Origin: Bacteroidales bacterium UBA4772
Lineage (GTDB): Bacteria; Bacteroidota; Bacteroidia; Bacteroidales; VadinHA17
NCBI GenBank assembly: GCA_002403305.1
Contig: DHHM01000023.1
Location: 1,365-65,364 of the forward strand
Reading direction: 5' to 3'
DNA: 64,000 bases
The position numbers and the translations under genes were made by a program. Shown piece by piece: positions 1-9,113 of this stretch (position 1 is its first letter; the number at the start of each line of letters is the position of its first letter). The notes beneath the pieces were generated by a model. It saw only the letters and a list, made by a program, of their open reading frames with translations, ran no database searches and was not told the DNA's origin.

Positions 1-26
1 GGAGGAAACCTATTTCATTTTCCTCC
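1..26 (-). terminator. Possible hairpin downstream of the small ORF at the window edge
   Basis: GGAGGAAA (1-8) and TTTCCTCC (19-26) form an 8-bp stem with a 10-nt loop. Any T-tract on the minus strand would lie outside the window. Confidence 0.2.
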
Positions 27-42
27 TACTCGATTGCAGTCG

Positions 43-177
43 TCACCGGCTTCGCCTGAACCTGTTTCGGTCATCGCGCCTTGACCTGATCCTGTCGGTG
101 CGGCGTTTCATGATCATGTAGACGATGATCAGCGCCACAATCACCGTACCTATAATTATGATATCCCGCTGTATCAT
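43..177 (-). CDS. Hypothetical small single-pass membrane protein (44 aa)
   Basis: Hand-translated: MIQRDIIIIGTVIVALIIVYMIMKRRTDRIRSRRDDRNRFRRSR, stop TGA at 43-45. It has one hydrophobic helix and an Arg-rich tail, and starts 7 nt after the lolA stop. It is below the ORF-track size cutoff and I recognise no family. Confidence 0.25.
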   Translation of the reverse strand: MIQRDIIIIGTVIVALIIVYMIMKRRTDRIRSRRDDRNRFRRSR

Positions 178-183
178 TTGTCC

Positions 184-819
184 CTAACGCATGTCAATCA
201 CATCCACCCCCTTATGATCGGCAGGGTCAAATGTAAAATAGTTGGATGGCGGGCGGAAGGAGAGGTCAAAACTGTCAGCTGTAAGCGTAACGGTTATTCC
301 ATCCTTGGTCCTGTATTCCGCTGACCTGAGAACGTGCCCAGACTTGCCTATCCTGAGCCTGATACGCACCAGGTTATTGTCAATTTCTTCGGGATAGAGG
401 TCAACGACCCATTCAGTGGCGCTCTGTTCAAGGAGCCTCACCTTGTACCCCTCCTCGTACATGGTGAAGAGGAGTGACGGTTTTGAAATGAATGAGTCTT
501 CGTATGGGTCAGGCTCCGTGATTGTTACTTCAACGATATCCGGCAGATAACTCCATACAGCTTTGCCGTCGGCCCATATCTCGTTCTCGGGCAGGGTGAT
601 CCTGTACCTGTCTCCCGCTATCACCGCCGTTCCTGTAAGGGTTGTTATGTCGCCTTCACGGCTGTCGTTGGTGATAACGGTAAAATCTATCTTCACCGAC
701 GGTGCCGATTTGGCCTTTTTGCTGAACTCGGAAAGCACCCTGACCGCCTCCGGGTCCTTCTGTGCGGCAGCCGTCAGTGCTGCCATCGCGACCAGCAGTA
801 TGAGTCCTGTTTTCTTCAT
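184..819 (-). CDS. lolA: LolA-like outer-membrane lipoprotein carrier protein
   Basis: Signal peptide MKKTGLILLVAMAALTAAAQ. Length and sequence are LolA-like, and it lies immediately downstream of ftsK, the conserved Bacteroidota arrangement. Start moved to the ATG at 819, 1 nt after the ftsK stop. Confidence 0.7.
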   Translation of the reverse strand: MKKTGLILLVAMAALTAAAQKDPEAVRVLSEFSKKAKSAPSVKIDFTVITNDSREGDITTLTGTAVIAGDRYRITLPENEIWADGKAVWSYLPDIVEVTITEPDPYEDSFISKPSLLFTMYEEGYKVRLLEQSATEWVVDLYPEEIDNNLVRIRLRIGKSGHVLRSAEYRTKDGITVTLTADSFDLSFRPPSNYFTFDPADHKGVDVIDMR

Positions 820-820
820 A

Positions 821-3202
821 TTATGAGTTCTGCTCATCAAGGCTCTTCAAAATCCGTTCCAAAGTCTGGGGATCCCGGACTATGACTTCGCGTGCCTTGC
901 TTCCCTCGAACGGTCCGACGATGCCTGCAGCCTCAAGCTGGTCGATGATACGGCCGGCGCGGTTGTATCCAAGCTGCATCCTTCTCTGGATAAGCGATGT
1001 TGAACCCTGCTGATGCTGAACCACCAGTCTGGCAGCCTCATCAAAGAGCGGGTCGCGTTTCTTCAGGTCTACCTCCCTGTTTCCGTTGTCGGCATCATCA
1101 TCACCGACATATTCCGGAAGATGCATTGCATCGGGATAGCCCTGCTGTGATCCAATGAACTCGGTCACCTCCTCTATCTCAGGGGTGTCAATGAAGGCGC
1201 ACTGCACCCGTATCGGTTCACCGCCGCGGGAGATGAGAGCGTCGCCTCTTCCCACCAGCCTGTCGGCACCGGTAGTGTCGAGGATGGTGCGGGAGTCGAC
1301 GCCGGAGAAGACCCTGAAGGCGATGCGAGAGGGGAAGTTGGCCTTTATGAAACCTGTTATGATGCTTACCGAGGGTCTCTGGGTGGAAATGATGAGGTGG
1401 ATGCCGACAGCCCTGGAGAGCTGGGCCAGCCTGCCTATCGGTGCCTCAACATCACGCCCCGAGGTCATTATCAGGTCGGCGAACTCATCTATTATGAGTA
1501 CGATGTAAGGCATGAAGTCGTGCCCCTTCTCGGGGTTGAGCCTTCGGGAGATGAACTTCTCGTTGTATTCCTTTATGTTCCTTGTCTGCGACAGCTTGAG
1601 CAGGTCAAGGCGGTGGTCCATGAGTATGCAGAGCGAATTGAGGGTGTTGATCACCTTCTTGGTGTCAGTGACAATGGCATCTTCCTCATCGGGCAGCTTG
1701 GCAAGGAAGTGGCGCTCTATCTTTGCGTAGAGCGGCAGCTCGACCCTCTTGGGGTCTATAAGCACAAGCTTCAGCTCCGAAGGGTGCTTCTTGTAGAGCA
1801 TCGAGGTGATGATAGCATTAAGTCCTACCGACTTACCCTGACCGGTGGCTCCTGCTACAAGCAGGTGAGGCATGGTGGTGAGGTCAATGATAAACGGGTC
1901 GTTGGTGATAGTTCGCCCCAACGCCAGTGGAAGCTCGTAATCGGAGTGGCTGAACTCCCGTGAGGAGATCAGTCCTTTCATCGACACCGTCTCCGGCTTC
2001 TTGTTGGGCACCTCAATACCCACCGTGCCCCTTCCGGGTATGGGAGCGATTATCCTGATTCCCAGGGCTGAGAGGCTGAGGGCTATATCGTTGTCGAGCG
2101 ATTTGATACGGTGAATCTTTACACCCCTGTCGGGCACCACCTCGTAAAGGGTGACGGTGGGTCCTACAGTGGCAGAGATCTGCCTGATGGTTATCTTATG
2201 GTCAGAGAGGGTCTTGGTGATGATCTCCTTGTTGGCGTTGACCTCGTCAGTAGTAGTGGTTCCCGTGCTCCGGTAGTCGCGCAGCAGAGCCAGCGTGGGG
2301 AACTTGTACCGCGGCAGGGAGAGACGGGGATCAAAGGGTGGAAGGTCGATTACCGGTTCATCGTCGTCGACCGGCTCCACCGACACCGTTTTTTTGTTGC
2401 CACCGATGACATTCACAATGGGTCTCTCTTCCAGCACCTCCGGCGGCCTGTAAAAGTCATCGATGGGGTCGGTCTCCTCTTCTTCTCCCCTGAGAGGCTC
2501 ATCCTCAACCGACGGGTAGTTCTCTTCCGGTGCCACCCTGGCCTCTTCCGTGACTATGTTTTTCTTCCTCCCTTCGCCGGAGAAGGCTGAGGCTCCTGCC
2601 CTGGCAAATGAGGCAATAGGTTTCCTGAGGGTCTGAGGGCTGACCTGAAGGGCGAATATAAGGTAAGCTACCGTGATTATCAGAAGGGCAGCACCGGTGC
2701 CTACCTTTCCCAGGATATCATTCATCCTGCTTGCCACGATATACCCGATCTCGCCTCCGGGACCGGAACCGAGGAATGTCGACTGACCGGCAACGAAACC
2801 AAGTATTGCTGAGACCAGCACGGTGGCCAGAAGAAAGCGGAGTATATTCCTGCCGAGCCGGAAATATTTGACCCTGAGCAGGGCAAGGCCTATGGCGCCA
2901 ATTATCAGAGGGAGAAAGAATGATCCCAATCCGAAGCCGTTGTAGATGAAGTAGTGACTGATCTTAAATCCTGCCTTGCCGCCCCAGTTCCTGTAGGCGT
3001 ACGAAGCGTCTTCAGGCTGAGGTCCCAGTGAGCTCTGGTCCGCCGTTCCTGTCATGACATAGGAGATGAATACGACCAGCATATAGAGAGCAAAGACAAG
3101 CAGAACAAGACCTGCAATGAACCTCAGGTTCTCCCCTGACGGGTTGCTGGCAGGACTTTTCTTCCTGGATGACGAACCGTTGTTTTTCTTCTGTTTGCCC
3201 AT
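821..3202 (-). CDS. ftsK: DNA translocase FtsK/SpoIIIE
   Basis: N-terminal TM segments, Walker A GATGQGKS, and a C-terminal gamma winged-helix (LIQRRMQLGYNRAGRIIDQLEAAGIVGP). Start placed at MGKQKKNN (3202), not the ORF-track 3253. Confidence 0.9.
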   Translation of the reverse strand: MGKQKKNNGSSSRKKSPASNPSGENLRFIAGLVLLVFALYMLVVFISYVMTGTADQSSLGPQPEDASYAYRNWGGKAGFKISHYFIYNGFGLGSFFLPLIIGAIGLALLRVKYFRLGRNILRFLLATVLVSAILGFVAGQSTFLGSGPGGEIGYIVASRMNDILGKVGTGAALLIITVAYLIFALQVSPQTLRKPIASFARAGASAFSGEGRKKNIVTEEARVAPEENYPSVEDEPLRGEEEETDPIDDFYRPPEVLEERPIVNVIGGNKKTVSVEPVDDDEPVIDLPPFDPRLSLPRYKFPTLALLRDYRSTGTTTTDEVNANKEIITKTLSDHKITIRQISATVGPTVTLYEVVPDRGVKIHRIKSLDNDIALSLSALGIRIIAPIPGRGTVGIEVPNKKPETVSMKGLISSREFSHSDYELPLALGRTITNDPFIIDLTTMPHLLVAGATGQGKSVGLNAIITSMLYKKHPSELKLVLIDPKRVELPLYAKIERHFLAKLPDEEDAIVTDTKKVINTLNSLCILMDHRLDLLKLSQTRNIKEYNEKFISRRLNPEKGHDFMPYIVLIIDEFADLIMTSGRDVEAPIGRLAQLSRAVGIHLIISTQRPSVSIITGFIKANFPSRIAFRVFSGVDSRTILDTTGADRLVGRGDALISRGGEPIRVQCAFIDTPEIEEVTEFIGSQQGYPDAMHLPEYVGDDDADNGNREVDLKKRDPLFDEAARLVVQHQQGSTSLIQRRMQLGYNRAGRIIDQLEAAGIVGPFEGSKAREVIVRDPQTLERILKSLDEQNS

Positions 3203-3289
3203 AAAGCAGCAAGGGTGTTTCTGATCCTCAGAGACCTGTAAAATGAATAGCAAAGGTAAAAAAAATGATTGAGCCGGAGATCAATATTT

Positions 3290-3979
3290 TCAAAAGGAGA
3301 TCATTTTGAGAATAAGAGCATTCAGGAAACCGGCAGGCACCTTTTTATAGTTGCTCTTCTTTTCGAACTCCCTGTCGGGAATATCTTTCCTGAGTACCTC
3401 ATCAGCCGTGAACTGCAGCTCTGCATCGCCAATAATGTAAAAGAAGTCCATCAGCACTCCGTCAACATCCCGGTAGGGAGTCATACGGTTAGGATTCTCC
3501 GCTTTAATCTCACAGGTATACCAGATATGCCTGGTGCTCCCGGAACCGGGGATATCTACCCTGGCCTGGCGGCAGTTGAAGCCGCATATTACAGATCTCC
3601 TTCCTGTGTTGTGCACCGTCATTCCTTCCATGGCAGAAAACCCGGGCTGAATGTCTCTGTAGTTGCCTTCAAAATAGTACTTGAAGCTGAGCAGGTTAAG
3701 ATAAGTGTCATAGATGTTCTCCCTGGGGTTGATAACAGTGGTGATGCCTGTGTTTCCGATAGCTGCTTTGAGGCTTGTACTGATGAGGTCACCCTTAAAG
3801 GCTATCACAAGCTCCTTCGGCAGCAGGTCGCTGGACAGAGATGAGGGATTGCTGACATACTTGATATTATACCATATCTCGCCCTCTCTCATGTTTTTAT
3901 ACCCCGCATCTCCCCTGCAGGAGGCAAGCAGGAGAATAATGATCAGCAAGGGGATATTAAGGGGAGGGCAATACTTCAC
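3290..3979 (-). CDS. Hypothetical lipoprotein
   Basis: Lipobox-like N-terminus LLIIILLLASCRGD. No family recognised. Confidence 0.5.
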   Translation of the reverse strand: MKYCPPLNIPLLIIILLLASCRGDAGYKNMREGEIWYNIKYVSNPSSLSSDLLPKELVIAFKGDLISTSLKAAIGNTGITTVINPRENIYDTYLNLLSFKYYFEGNYRDIQPGFSAMEGMTVHNTGRRSVICGFNCRQARVDIPGSGSTRHIWYTCEIKAENPNRMTPYRDVDGVLMDFFYIIGDAELQFTADEVLRKDIPDREFEKKSNYKKVPAGFLNALILKMISF

Positions 3980-4168
3980 TTAAAACTGTTTGGGTGTAAA
4001 TGTAGTAATTCTGTTACAGATTTCGTCCCTCTCCTTTAATATGGGGTCAAATTGGCCCTTTTGTCTGCGAAGTAATTTTTGTTATGATTAATTTCATACG
4101 ATTAAGAATTCTTTTATTGGTCAATCGGATCTTGCTTGAAATATTAAAATCATACTCTTTTGTGAGTT

Positions 4169-4182
4169 CCTGCATATGCAGG
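4169..4182. promoter_or_regulatory. Perfect 14-bp palindrome CCTGCATATGCAGG upstream of arcC
   Basis: Read directly. It ends 16 nt upstream of the candidate -7 box, so it sits over the expected -33 region. Confidence 0.35.
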
Positions 4183-4197
4183 TTTCATTTAATATTT

Positions 4198-4205
4198 TAG
4201 CTTTG
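4198..4205 (+). promoter_or_regulatory. Candidate Bacteroidota -7 promoter box (TAGCTTTG)
   Basis: Matches TAnnTTTG, 26 nt upstream of the arcC ATG. Confidence 0.4.
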
Positions 4206-4230
4206 TCACAGTGCTACACACATAAAAGCA

Positions 4231-5187
4231 ATGAGTAAGAAACTTGCAGTTATCGCCCTCGGGGGCAACGCACTTCTCAGGGGTGACCAGGTGGGGACAA
4301 TTGAGGAGCAGGAGCAGAATACGACTGACACTCTTGAGAACCTGATATATTTAATAAAGGAAGGATATGACCTGGTCATAACGCACGGAAACGGCCCACA
4401 GGTTGGTAACATACTCATGCGCAATGATGCCGGGGAGCTGATGTACGGTATTGCTCAGATGCCCATTGACATATGCGTGGCTGACTCCCAGGGAGGCATA
4501 GGTTATATGATTGAACGGATGTTCAAGAATGTGCTTAACAGGCACGGCATCAACAAGAACGTCGTATGCCTGGTCACTACCGTGGTGGTCGACAAGGATG
4601 ATCCTGCCTTCAGCGATCCGCAGAAGAGGGTGGGCAAGATCTACAACAGGGAGCAGGCCGAGGAGCTTGCCAGGGAAAAGGAATGGGTCTTCAAGGAGGA
4701 GGTAAAGGCTGAAGGAGGATTCCGCAGGGTGGTGCCATCACCAAAGCCTGTGGATGTGATGAACCATGACCTTATCCGCGAACTTGCCGGCAGGGGTAAT
4801 ATCGTCATCGCGGCCGGAGGTGGAGGCGTTCCTGTCTATATCGACGAGAAGAACGATGTCAGACCCGCCGAGGCAGTCATCGACAAAGATCTTGCCTCAG
4901 CACTGCTCGCCTCGAAGATAGGGGCGGATGAGTTCTACATCCTGACGGATGTTCCATATGTATATATCAATTACAAGCAGCCTGACGAGGAGATCAAGGA
5001 GTTCCTTAACTACAGTGATGCAATGAAGTATCTCAATGAGGGACATTTCTCGAAGGGGAGCATGGCTCCGAAGATAGAGGCCTGCCTGAGCTTCATCCGT
5101 GCCGGCGGAAGCAAGAGCATCATCACCGAGGCCTTTAAGCTGGAGGATAAACGGTATGGGACAAAGATAACGATGGAGTATGATTAG
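4231..5187 (+). CDS. arcC: Carbamate kinase
   Basis: ALGGNAL..., THGNGPQVGN and full-length resemblance to enterobacterial/enterococcal carbamate kinases. Confidence 0.9.
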   Translation: MSKKLAVIALGGNALLRGDQVGTIEEQEQNTTDTLENLIYLIKEGYDLVITHGNGPQVGNILMRNDAGELMYGIAQMPIDICVADSQGGIGYMIERMFKNVLNRHGINKNVVCLVTTVVVDKDDPAFSDPQKRVGKIYNREQAEELAREKEWVFKEEVKAEGGFRRVVPSPKPVDVMNHDLIRELAGRGNIVIAAGGGGVPVYIDEKNDVRPAEAVIDKDLASALLASKIGADEFYILTDVPYVYINYKQPDEEIKEFLNYSDAMKYLNEGHFSKGSMAPKIEACLSFIRAGGSKSIITEAFKLEDKRYGTKITMEYD

Positions 5188-5188
5188 G

Positions 5189-5209
5189 CAGTCTTCAGTC
5201 GGCAGTCAA
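5189..5209. repeat. Heptamer tandem repeat (CAGTCNN)x3
   Basis: cagtctt cagtcgg cagtcaa, starting 2 nt after the arcC stop codon. Confidence 0.7.
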
Positions 5210-5220
5210 AAATAGATAAT

Positions 5221-5250
5221 AGGCCATATGCCTTCAAGTATTGTAGAAGG
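5221..5250. repeat. 30-nt core of the composite repeat, copy A
   Basis: AGGCCATATGCCTTCAAGTATTGTAGAAGG is 25/30 identical to 6464-6493. Confidence 0.75.
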
Positions 5251-5346
5251 CAGTCGGCCACCTTCGCCACCTCCTTCGCTTAAGCTACGGAGCTCGAAGA
5301 AGGCTACGGTGGCTAAAAGCAATAGGCAGCAGTGGTCTCAACAACG

Positions 5347-5406
5347 AAATCGCAAATCGCAAATCGCAAATCGCAAATCGCAAATCGCAAATCGCAAATC
5401 GCAAAT
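5347..5406. repeat. Heptamer tandem repeat (AAATCGC)x8 plus a partial unit
   Basis: Eight perfect units at 5347-5402, ending about 10 nt before the argF ATG. Confidence 0.95.
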
Positions 5407-5415
5407 AACAGGGAT

Positions 5416-6417
5416 ATGGCTTACAATTTAAGAAACCGCAGCTTCCTCAAGCTGCTCGACTTTACACCGGAGGAGATAAAATTTCTCCTTGACCTCTCCT
5501 TTGATCTCAAGAAGGCAAAATATACCGGAACAGAGAGGCAGAGGCTCACCGGCAAGAATATCGCGCTGATATTCGAGAAGACATCCACCCGCACCCGTTG
5601 TGCCTTTGAGGTGGCAGCGTTTGATCAGGGTGCCCACGTGACCTACCTGGGTCCGTCAGGCTCACAGATAGGGCACAAGGAGTCGATGAAGGATACTGCC
5701 CGCGTGCTGGGCAGGATGTATGACGGCATCGAGTACCGGGGCTACGGCCAGCAGATTGTTGAAGAGCTGGCAGCTTATGCCGGAGTTCCGGTCTGGAACG
5801 GGCTGACAGACGAGTTTCATCCGACACAGATCCTCGCTGACTTCATGACCATGATGGAGCACTGTGACAAGCCCCTGAACAAGATCAGCTTCTGCTACCT
5901 TGGCGATGCCCGCAACAACATGGGTAACTCGCTGATGGTGGGTGCAGCCAAGATGGGCATGGACTTCCGTGCTGCGGCTCCCGCAGCATGCCAGCCGTCG
6001 GCTGAGCTGGTGCAGCAGTGCCGCGGGATAGCACGGGAGACAGGAGCAAAGATCACTCTTACCGAGACCGTGGCCGACGCTGTCAGGGATGTTGATTTCC
6101 TCTATACGGATGTGTGGGTCTCCATGGGTGAGCCGGAGGCGGTATGGGAGGAGAGGATTAAACTACTGAAGCCCTACCAGGTAAACGGCGAAGTGATCAT
6201 CCTGACCGGTAATCCGAAGGTCAAATTTCTCCACTGCCTGCCTGCTTTCCACAACAGGGAGACGAAGATGGGAGAGGAGATCTTTAAAAAATATGGTCTC
6301 GATGGCATGGAGGTAACGGAAGAGGTGTTTGAATCGCACCATTCGATTGTGTTTGACGAGGCCGAGAACCGGATGCACACCATCAAGGCAGTGATGGTGG
6401 CAACGCTGGGTGCATAA
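5416..6417 (+). CDS. argF: Ornithine carbamoyltransferase
   Basis: Near-colinear with E. coli ArgI/ArgF as I recall it: [43 protein letters not shown]. Start set at MAYNLRN (5416). The upstream extension to 5332 only translates the heptamer repeat. Confidence 0.92.
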   Translation: MAYNLRNRSFLKLLDFTPEEIKFLLDLSFDLKKAKYTGTERQRLTGKNIALIFEKTSTRTRCAFEVAAFDQGAHVTYLGPSGSQIGHKESMKDTARVLGRMYDGIEYRGYGQQIVEELAAYAGVPVWNGLTDEFHPTQILADFMTMMEHCDKPLNKISFCYLGDARNNMGNSLMVGAAKMGMDFRAAAPAACQPSAELVQQCRGIARETGAKITLTETVADAVRDVDFLYTDVWVSMGEPEAVWEERIKLLKPYQVNGEVIILTGNPKVKFLHCLPAFHNRETKMGEEIFKKYGLDGMEVTEEVFESHHSIVFDEAENRMHTIKAVMVATLGA

Positions 6418-6418
6418 C

Positions 6419-6453
6419 CAGTCGGCAGTCGGCAGTCGGCAGTCTACAGTCAG
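6419..6453. repeat. Heptamer tandem repeat (CAGTCGG), 3 perfect and 2 degenerate units
   Basis: Starts 2 nt after the argF stop codon. Confidence 0.9.
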
Positions 6454-6463
6454 CAATTGAGGT

Positions 6464-6493
6464 AGGCCGTAGGCCTTTGAGTATTGTAGACGG
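6464..6493. repeat. 30-nt core of the composite repeat, copy B
   Basis: AGGCCGTAGGCCTTTGAGTATTGTAGACGG. It contains an AGGCC-GTA-GGCCT hairpin. Confidence 0.75.
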
Positions 6494-6497
6494 ATCG

Positions 6498-6539
6498 AAA
6501 TCGCAAATCGCAAATCGCAAATCGCAAATCGCAAATCTA
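6498..6539. repeat. Heptamer tandem repeat (AAATCGC)x5 plus one degenerate unit
   Basis: Five perfect units at 6498-6532. The last, degenerate unit contains the stop codon of the convergent gene at 6537-7013. Confidence 0.95.
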
Positions 6540-7013
6540 CGCTATCAGTGCCTTGACGAAGTAGAAGGTTATCAGGAGTGAGGCGGCCAGCTTGAGACCC
6601 ACACCTGTGAGGAATCCGAGGAGGCTGCCAAAGCCAGCCTTGATGGCATATTTAAAATCATCCTTGAATATGAGCTCACCTACTACGGCTCCTATAAAGG
6701 GACCGATAATAATTCCGGGCGGACCGAGGAAGAGCCCTATTATTAGTCCTACTGTCGCACCTCTCATTCCGTATTTGGATCCTCCGAACTGACGGGTTCC
6801 CCAGATGGGAACGACGTAATCGATTACCGTAACCACGACGGCAACCACTCCCAGTATGATAAACAGGTTTTTGCTTATGTCAGCGAAACGGGTAAGGTGA
6901 AGGAGCACAATCCCCAGGTAGCTCAGTGGCGGCCCGGGAAGTACCGGCAGAAGGCATCCGGCAATACCCGTGATCAAAAGAATGATGGCCAGTGCTAAAA
7001 GAATGTAATCCAT
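6537..7013 (-). CDS. DUF456-like small integral membrane protein
   Basis: Four to five hydrophobic, Gly-rich helices. The N-terminus ILLITGIAGCLLPVLPGPPLSY resembles DUF456 as I recall it. Confidence 0.6.
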   Translation of the reverse strand: MDYILLALAIILLITGIAGCLLPVLPGPPLSYLGIVLLHLTRFADISKNLFIILGVVAVVVTVIDYVVPIWGTRQFGGSKYGMRGATVGLIIGLFLGPPGIIIGPFIGAVVGELIFKDDFKYAIKAGFGSLLGFLTGVGLKLAASLLITFYFVKALIA

Positions 7014-7056
7014 CTAACCGTCCGGTTGAGGTTCAACAGTAGTCAGGGCGTCTTCG

Positions 7057-7443
7057 CTACCTGGTGCCAAGTTCATCAAAATCGACATCTGAGAACTCAC
7101 TGGCTGGAACAGCGCCTGCATTTTCTTCATCGGAAGTCACGGCGTCAAGCGGAGCATGGGTAACCCCTCCGTTGCCTGCAAAGGTGACCGCTTCACGCAA
7201 ACCCTCGGTGAACTTTTCGAAATCCTCCTTATAAAGAAAGATCTTATGTTTTTCGTAGAACATCTTGCCATCCTTGCCCATGCGCTTCTTGCTCTCTGTA
7301 ATTGTGAGGTAGAGATCCTCGTGTCTTGTTGACTTGACATCAAAGAAATATGTCCTTTTCCCTGCGCGCACAACTTTAGTAAATACCTCCTCCTTGTCAC
7401 TTCTCTCAATCTGATCGTCCGTTCTGCCTTTCTCGTCTTCCAT
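7057..7443 (-). CDS. PUR-alpha-like nucleic-acid-binding protein (DUF3276-like)
   Basis: AGKRTYFFDVKSTRHEDLYLTITESKK...KIFLYKEDFEKF is the pattern typical of Bacteroidota DUF3276/PUR proteins (recalled). Confidence 0.6.
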   Translation of the reverse strand: MEDEKGRTDDQIERSDKEEVFTKVVRAGKRTYFFDVKSTRHEDLYLTITESKKRMGKDGKMFYEKHKIFLYKEDFEKFTEGLREAVTFAGNGGVTHAPLDAVTSDEENAGAVPASEFSDVDFDELGTR

Positions 7444-7575
7444 CAGTAGTGAATGTTTTAGGGTTTCAACCGGTTAGTATGGCCAAATGTAACAATTATT
7501 TCATCAACTCAAAATCAAGCCTCCAAATTGTAAGAGATTTTTAATCAGGCAGTGAGATTAAGTTGCTATTTTTTT

Positions 7576-7583
7576 AACTTTGC
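7576..7583 (+). promoter_or_regulatory. Candidate -7 promoter box (TAACTTTG)
   Basis: Matches TAnnTTTG, 24 nt upstream of the nusB ATG. Confidence 0.4.
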
Positions 7584-7606
7584 TGCCTGAAAAATATGTT
7601 CTTTAA

Positions 7607-8629
7607 ATGATAAGCAGAAGACAACTAAGGATCAAGGCGCTTTCAGTCCTCTACGCCTGCAACAGGAAGGAGATTTCTGACCTGGAGGAGGCTGAACAGG
7701 AGCTGATGTTGAGCATCAGGAAGAGCTACGATCTTTATCATTATCTCCTGCTGCTTTTGATTGCTCTCGCCGACATGGCCAGGGAGAAAGTGGTCCTATC
7801 AAGGGCGAAGAATATTCCGTCGCCCGAGGATATCAATCCGAACACACGCTTTGCTGAGAACAGGGTCATCAATCAGCTCAGGAAGAATGAACAGCTGCAT
7901 CGCTATGCAGAAGCGACTCCTGCATTATGGACAAGGAAGGACAGGATCACAGGATTCGGGTCGTTGAGCCGCTGGCTTGGAACGCAGGGCCTGTCGTGGT
8001 CAGAGCATCCGGGTATAGTCAGGATGATTTACAACGAGATGACACAGTGGGAGAGCTACAAGGCATACATGTCATCTCCGGACGACAGCTACAAGGCTGA
8101 TCGCAGTTTTATAAAAGAGCTTGTGACAAAGCTGCTTCCTGCATCCGGGGAGCTTGATGCCAGCCTCGAGGAGCAGTCGGTTTACTGGAATGATGATCTT
8201 TTCTTTGTGGCATCGATGATACGGAATTCACTCGGAAAATTCAGGGAGAGTGACGATGGCAGCTCAATAGCCATGCCTGCCCTCTTTACCAGTGAGGATG
8301 ATGAAAAGTTCGTGAAGGTACTTCTCCGGAAGGCTATCCTGAACAGCGAGAAAAACAGTGCACTGATCGATTCTCACACCACCAACTGGGAGGTGGAGAG
8401 AATTGCCCTGATGGACCAGCTTGTGATGCATCTTGCCATTACGGAGCTGGTGGAGTTTCCCGAGGTACCCGTGAAGGTTACGCTCAACGAGTATATCGAG
8501 ATAGCCAAGGATTACTGCACGGCCAAAAGCAGTACTTTTGTGAACGGCATCCTTGACAAGATCGTCAGGGAGATGAGAGCTGACGGAAGCTTTGTGAAGG
8601 AGGGGAGAGGGTTGATAGGAGAAGCATGA
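7607..8629 (+). CDS. nusB: Transcription antitermination factor NusB (long Bacteroidota form)
   Basis: N-terminus RRQLRIKALSVLYA. The C-terminal NusB core is EVERIALMDQLVMHLAITELVEF...LNEYIEIAKDY...FVNGILDKI. Confidence 0.8.
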   Translation: MISRRQLRIKALSVLYACNRKEISDLEEAEQELMLSIRKSYDLYHYLLLLLIALADMAREKVVLSRAKNIPSPEDINPNTRFAENRVINQLRKNEQLHRYAEATPALWTRKDRITGFGSLSRWLGTQGLSWSEHPGIVRMIYNEMTQWESYKAYMSSPDDSYKADRSFIKELVTKLLPASGELDASLEEQSVYWNDDLFFVASMIRNSLGKFRESDDGSSIAMPALFTSEDDEKFVKVLLRKAILNSEKNSALIDSHTTNWEVERIALMDQLVMHLAITELVEFPEVPVKVTLNEYIEIAKDYCTAKSSTFVNGILDKIVREMRADGSFVKEGRGLIGEA

Positions 8630-8678
8630 CGGCGGACCATCGCGGGAGCCCGGACGGTAATAGTGAGAAACGGAACAG

Positions 8679-9113
8679 ATGATGAAGAATTCAATTTATA
8701 TTCTAACAGCAGCGCTGGCAGTTATGGCGGTTATGACCTCTTCATGCGGAGGGAATTCATCGGGTACGGAGCGTTACATGCCTTCTGACACTACCGGAAC
8801 GGCGGTCATGACGTTTCAGTCGCCGGAACACAACTTCGGGAAGGTCGGATCCGGAGAAAAGGTGGGATGCATCTTTACTTTCAGAAACACTGGCGATGCT
8901 GATCTGGTTATAACTTCTGCCACAGCAAGCTGCGGCTGTACCGTTCCGAAATACGACAGGAAACCGGTGCCTCCTGAAGGCACGGGAACCGTTGAGGTTA
9001 TATTCGATACATCCGGTAGAGAGGGTCTTCAGACAAAAACTATTGTGATTCAATCGAATGCAGAGAATAATTTAGTTATTTTGCGTATCATTGCGGAGGT
9101 GGAGAAGAATTAA
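8679..9113 (+). CDS. DUF1573 domain lipoprotein
   Basis: Lipobox MTSSCGG. FNFGKV...F.F.NTGDADLVI...ASCGCTVP is the characteristic DUF1573 pattern, and the gene occupies the conserved position between nusB and yajC. Confidence 0.7.
   Translation: MMKNSIYILTAALAVMAVMTSSCGGNSSGTERYMPSDTTGTAVMTFQSPEHNFGKVGSGEKVGCIFTFRNTGDADLVITSATASCGCTVPKYDRKPVPPEGTGTVEVIFDTSGREGLQTKTIVIQSNAENNLVILRIIAEVEKN

Noticed and set aside
5228-5431. 67-aa ORF, and the 28-codon N-terminal extension of argF (from 5332), encoding SQIANRK repeats
   Set aside because: The peptide repeat is only the translation of the AAATCGC heptamer array. Alignment to E. coli ArgI places the start at MAYNLRN (5416).
5347-6539. Heptamer arrays considered as a CRISPR array or minisatellite-coded peptide
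   Set aside because: The units are 7 nt with no spacers, so this is not CRISPR. No cas genes are in the window.
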